Shown one piece after another: positions 36,482 through 41,711 of a stretch of 41,711 nt of DNA (position 1 is the first letter of the stretch; each line of letters opens with the position of its first letter). The notes under the pieces are model-generated. The model had not been told where the DNA came from. It searched no databases and worked only from the letters and a program-made list of their open reading frames with translations. The position numbers and the translations under genes were made by a program. The DNA comes from Chiloscyllium plagiosum. Lineage: Eukaryota. The stretch covers positions 23,724,532 to 23,766,242 of the forward strand of contig NC_057718.1 in assembly GCF_004010195.1 (NCBI RefSeq). The letters run 5' to 3'.

Positions 36482-37459
36482 ACTGTTAGTTCTGGTTGAG
36501 ACTTTTATAGCCATGGAGAATCTGAAATACAGAAATGTTTGTCTGTCAGGCTCTGCATTGAAAGACTAAGCCACCCAGATAATGTTAAGAGATGTGTTGA
36601 AAATGTATTTTTATAATATTTTATGGTCTGAAAAAAAGCTAATTTATCTTTAAAATGAACACAAGGGCAAAATGTTATATGCATCTGAAATGATATGGGC
36701 TTTTACGAGATTTGTGGCAGAATCTGACAAGAAGTCTATCTTGATTTGGAAGTACCTTGATCCATCTGTTATGCTTTTGCTAGTAGGTAAGGACTTGCCT
36801 AATCTTTCAATGACTATTACTTAAGTCGGAAAGTGTTGAAGTAAAACATCTTTACAATTTTAATCAAGGAAATTAAAATGAAATAGAAAAGTTCATCCAT
36901 ATAGAGAAATGAATTATTTGCATCACGAGGCAGAGGGGATTTGCTAATTAAGGAGAATTATTGCTTGTTAACTACCTCGTAAATGGCCTAACTCAGTGAG
37001 TTAACTGGTAAGATTCAGTTAACTATCTTACCAAACACACTAAACAAGCCAGCAATATCTGAACAAAAAGATCTAATCAAGAAATCTCAACACTGAAATC
37101 AGAACGGTTCAAAGGCTTACTCTACAAGGCTTCTATGCTGGTTCAGGCTAAACAGTATCTCAGGACACCAACCAGTGGCATATATGCCTTTCCCATAGAT
37201 ATCACCATTTAATTACCATCTCCATATGACCATCATGGCACCTCTGCAATCCATGTGCAAGCTGCTTCGGAAGCACAAACCTGCAGCGCAGACCGTTCTA
37301 GTGATGAGCATTGAAAGGCTGTTGCAAGGATGCGTTGCATACATGGACTGGCACCAAGCTCGTGGATAGGTCCGGTCTGCATCTCAGTGCTGCTCAGTTG
37401 CTCTTTTCATGTTTGCACACTTAAAACTGATCTGCATGTTATATCCCCCATCCATATCT

Positions 37460-38930
37460 TCCCTTGACATGCCATACCAATGACTGCATTAGTTCCTCCA
37501 CCAGAGCAAAAGATATGGGGGAATTCAGTGATGGTAACACCATTGAATTTCAAGGAGCAGTGGTTAGATTATCTCTTATCAGTGATGGTCATTGCCTGGC
37601 GTTTGGTGGCATGGATGTTACTTGCCACTTGTCATCCCAAGCCTGGATATTGTCCAGATCTTGTTGTATTTCAACATGGACTGCTTCAGTACCTGAGGAG
37701 TCGAGAATGATGCTAAACACTGTGCGATCATCAGTGAACATCCCCACTTCCAACTTTGTGATGGAGCGAAGGTCATTGATGAAGCAGCTGAAGACGCTTG
37801 GCCCTAGGACACTATTCTGAGGAATTCCTGTTGTGATGTCCTGGAGCTAAGATGACTGACCTCCAACAACCACCCCAATTTTAGGCAGCATGATGGTCCA
37901 GTGGTTAACACTGCTGCCTCTCAGTGCCAGGGATCCGGGTTCGATTCCTGGCTCAGGCAACTATCTGTGTGGAGTTTGCACATTCTCCCCGTGTCTGTGT
38001 GGGTTTCCTCCAGGTGCTCCAGTTTCCTCCCACAATCCAAAGATGTGCAGGCCAGATGAATTGACTATGCTAAATTGCCCATAGTGTTAGGTGCATTAGT
38101 CAGGGATAAATATAGAGTCAGGGCAATGGGTCTGAGTGCGTTACTCTTCAGAGGGTCGGTGTGAACTTGTTGGTCCGAAGGTGCTGTTTCCATACTGTAG
38201 GGAATCTAATATAATCAACCACAATCATCTTCCTATGTGCCAGGGATGACTCCAACCAGTGGAGAGTTTGCTCTCTGATACCCATTGATGCCAATTTTGC
38301 AAGGGCTCCTTGATGCCACACACTGTTGAGTGCAGCCTTGATGTCAAGGGCTGTCACTCTTATCTCACCTCTGGAATTCAGCTGGAAAAACTCATCAAAT
38401 CTGGCAGCATCTATGGAGTGAAATCAGAGTTAGCATTTCAGATTGAGTGACCCTTCCTCAAAACTTGTTTTTAGGTGTGCTTAGTGCAACTCCTGGCATG
38501 CCCTCCTGCACTCTCCATTGAACAGATCCCCTGGCTTGATGGTAGTAATGGGTACGGGATATGCTGGGCCATGAAGTTACAGATTCTGCTGTTGTTGCTG
38601 GCCCATGGCACCTTATGGATATCCAGACTTGTGTTGCTAGATCTGTTAGAAATCTGTCCCATTCAGCACAGTGATAGTGTCACACAACACGATGGGGAGT
38701 ATTCTCAGTAAGAATGGGACTGCCATCTCCACAAGGACTGTGCGGTAGTCGCTTTAACCGATACTGATGCATTTGCAGCTGGTAGGTTGGTAAAGGTGAG
38801 GTCAGGTATGTTTTTCCCTCTTGTTCATTCCCTCACTACCTGCTACAGACCCAGTTGAGCAGCTGTGTCCTTTAACACCCAACCTGCCCGATCAGCAGTG
38901 CTGCTGCTGAGCCATTGTTGGTGGTGGATA
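37460..38930 (-). mobile_element. CR1/L2-group LINE RT fragments (second family), with nested SINE and PLE-like piece
   Basis: TALDIKAALNSVWHQGALAKLASMGIREQTLHWLES (RT 'LDxxxAFDxVxH' motif); FSCFINDL...MFTDD on the minus strand. Confidence 0.85.
37883..38215 (+). mobile_element. HE1-type SINE, diverged copy
   Basis: cagtggttaacactgctgcctctcag, gggttcgattcc, tgtgtggagtttgcacattctccccgtgtct..., tail gtttccatactgtagggaatctaat; caaccac repeated on both sides. Confidence 0.9.
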
Positions 38931-40325
38931 TTTGTCACACTCCTGGTGAGATGCAACAGCAGATTGCCAGAACCTCTCTGGTTGCATAGTGGCCTTTAAA
39001 GAATGATACAGACACATAATTTACTGGTATTTTTGTGGATATTCGGTGCGTGTTGAGCTGTGCGGGAAACAGTGGACATTATAACTGAGGATAGAATCGA
39101 TCGTGAGGAATGCCTTGGAGTGTGGTAGGCAGTTAATGAGATTAAATTGTTAAGATATGGTGAGAAAACTGCTTTGGCCTGGCCAAAGTGGGAATCCCTC
39201 TAAAATCCCAACATAACTCATGCTTCACCAAAAAAAAACATAAGATTCAGTCCAAGGAGTATAACCAAATGGTCATCAGAAGTCACACACCTTCTCTTCT
39301 GGATTCAACTGCAGCCAAAGACAGATAATTAAAACATGTTAACTCAATAAACCATAAAAGAAATCATTACATAGAACACTTAAAAAGATATAAAAGACTC
39401 AAAACTTCTAAACACTCAACAGGAGACAATGAGCTATCATGACGAAAACTGACTTTGCTTTGTGGAACAGTGGTTCATCAAAATTAACATTTGCAGCCAC
39501 TTTGTTTTTGTTTGTGATAACAGATGAAATCAATCATTTTGATAAGAATTATCTGAACACCATGGGGAGAGACAACTTAAAAATATCTGCTGTTTGTCAG
39601 CAGGGAGACAGAGGGGGTACCTGGGACTGCTATCCTGAACGAGGCTAGCAAGTGCCTCAACCCAATGGACGATACAAATGAAACAATGGGAGTCTTCAGC
39701 CACTCCCAGCAGATGGCCTGCTCAGTTTATTTGTTGGAGCAACCTCCAACTCTTCAACACTGGAAGCCATTGCCGGGTCTTACTTCTGGCTTGCAGCCTC
39801 TTCATAGAGAACTTTTATACCACTTACTTTATTGTGTTATACCTCTATTTTAGCGAACAACTTTGTATTTAAGTAACTTACTGAAATAGTTAATAAGTGA
39901 TTTCCACCAGGAAAAGCCTCGCTCTTATATTTTCTATTATAAAGTGAGTGGCACTTGAACCCAGGCTTCCTATCTCAGAGGTATGGGTACTACCACTACA
40001 CCATATGAACGCCCTGATAAATGTTGGGACCGTGTGGAAGTCCTGGCACATGGGAATTATCCAGGGAAGTTACAGTTTTCTGTGGGCCATTCCCCTGCTC
40101 CACAGGCTCCACCATGAAATGCTGCCAACTTTGAGTTGGTGGTGGAGAGGTCAGACCGTTCTGTAGCAATTATCAGGGTCATTATCCAGGAAATGTTAGA
40201 TTAAAACTTTGCCTAACATCAAGGGAACTACACAACTGACTTCCAAATCATCAGTCGCAATCAGCTGACTAACCTAATGATCATTCCTAACCATTCCCTG
40301 ACCACTTGACTATTCCTCCTGACCT

Positions 40326-40531
40326 AGGCGAAAGTGAGGACAGCAGATACTGCAGATTAGAGTCGAGAATGTGGTGCTGGTAAAGCACAGCAGGTCGTCA
40401 GTATCCAAGGAGCAGGAGAATCGATTTTCGGGCAAAAGCCCTTTCCTGATGAAGGGCTTTTGCCCAAAACGTCGACTCTCCAGCTCTTCAGATGCTGCCT
40501 TACCTGTGCTTTTCCAGCAACACACTCTTGT
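40326..40531 (-). mobile_element. PLE-derived palindromic mini-element (family A)
   Basis: ttcgggcaaaagccctttcCTGATGAagggcttttgcccaaaacgtcg; TSD tcctgacct at 40317-40325 and 40532-40540. Confidence 0.88.
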
Positions 40532-41055
40532 TCCTGACCTGACTCCCCCTAACTCCACCTGCACTAGCCTTTCAAATAAAGGTCGCAGATGGAAGCTATT
40601 CAATTCAAGCTGGTCGCAGGCATGGCAACGTGTTGCACATTCAGCCAATTGTCCATTAGTCATTCCTTTTCCATTTGTTTCATCGGAACCCTTACCACAT
40701 GACAAGGTTAGCTGTATTAACACAGTTGCCAATTCCCAAAATTACCCAAGGCCTTCAGATTTACAAAATTGGAAAATTATTTTGAAAATGAATATAACAT
40801 AGGGAGGGAGGGATAATTATCAGTAATGGTACAAACTTGATATACACTTTTATATTCCATTCTTATCACAACAGCAAGCTTTTACAAATTGAAAAGTAAT
40901 ACCGCTCCAAATGCAGGTATGCCCTATTCCAGCTGGCATCTCGAAATAAACACACGTGAACATATCTTAGACGTGAGGTCAGAAGATCAGCTCAAGGTCA
41001 AACAGCCAGGTTCATCTGCAGCATGGAGTCAGAAATATTTTAGTAGGGTCAGAGG

Positions 41056-41711
41056 TGGGGGTAAAAGAGGGTGAGGTGTGGCATTGCTTGTCAAAGATAG
41101 TATTACAGCTGTGGAAAGGACGATGGATGAAGACTCGCCATCTGAGGTAGTTTGGGCTGAGGTTAGGAATAGGAAAGGTGAGCTCACCCTGTTAGGAGTT
41201 TTTTACAGGCCTCCTAATAGTCCTAGAAACGTAGAAGAAAGGATTGCGAGGATGATACAAGAGAAGAGTGAAAGTAATAGGGTGGTTGCTATGGGGGACT
41301 CTAACTTTCCTGATATTGATTGGGAAAGATTTGGCTCAAGTTTGTTAGATGGGTCAGTGTTTGTCCAATGTGTGCAGGAGGGTTTCCTGACACAATATGT
41401 AGATAGGCCAACAAGAGGTGAGGCCATACTGGATTTGGTTCTGGGTAACGAACCAGGCCAGCTGTTCGAATTAGAGGTAGGTGAGCACTTTGGAGACAGT
41501 GACCACAATTCGGTGACCTTTACTCGAGTGATGGAGAGGGATAAGTGTGCACTACAGGGCAAGAGTTAGAGATGGGGGTAGGGAAATTATGATGCTGTGA
41601 GGCATGACTTAGGATGTGTGGCCTGGAAAAGTAAGCTTCAAGGCAAGGGCATAATTGATATGTGGAGCTTGTTCAAGGAACAACTATTGAGTGTCCTTGA
41701 TAAGTATATAC
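41056..41711 (+). mobile_element. CR1 LINE ORF2 AP-endonuclease domain, running off the window end
   Basis: GVALLVKD...LLGVFYRPPNS...VAMGDSNFPDIDW...QYVDRPTRGEAILDLVL...GDSDHNSVTF; premature stops. Confidence 0.93.

Overview
This is a repeat-dominated, eukaryotic intergenic or intronic window, most likely from a shark (inference from two HE1-type tRNA-derived SINEs, a Deu-domain SINE and abundant CR1-clade LINEs). It contains no intact protein-coding gene. Nearly all track ORFs are degenerate retroelement fragments or their antisense frames: CR1 APE/RT, a second CR1/L2-group LINE, Penelope-like GIY-YIG tails and a decayed Gypsy integrase. The most interesting signal is a set of Penelope-like (PLE) 3'-end elements from at least three sequence families carrying minimal hammerhead-ribozyme (HHR) cores (CTGAnGA-stem II-GAAA-palindromic ACGT/AGCT-NUH). 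Six occur as ~180-215 bp non-coding palindromes whose inversion point lies at the ribozyme core, and five of those have 9-15 bp target-site duplications (TSDs). In a seventh copy, the ribozyme stem II is replaced by a 229-bp inverted copy of neighbouring genomic DNA. A few unidentified candidate exons with good splice sites lie on the minus strand. All family names come from motif recognition by eye, not database searches, and most repeat boundaries are approximate.
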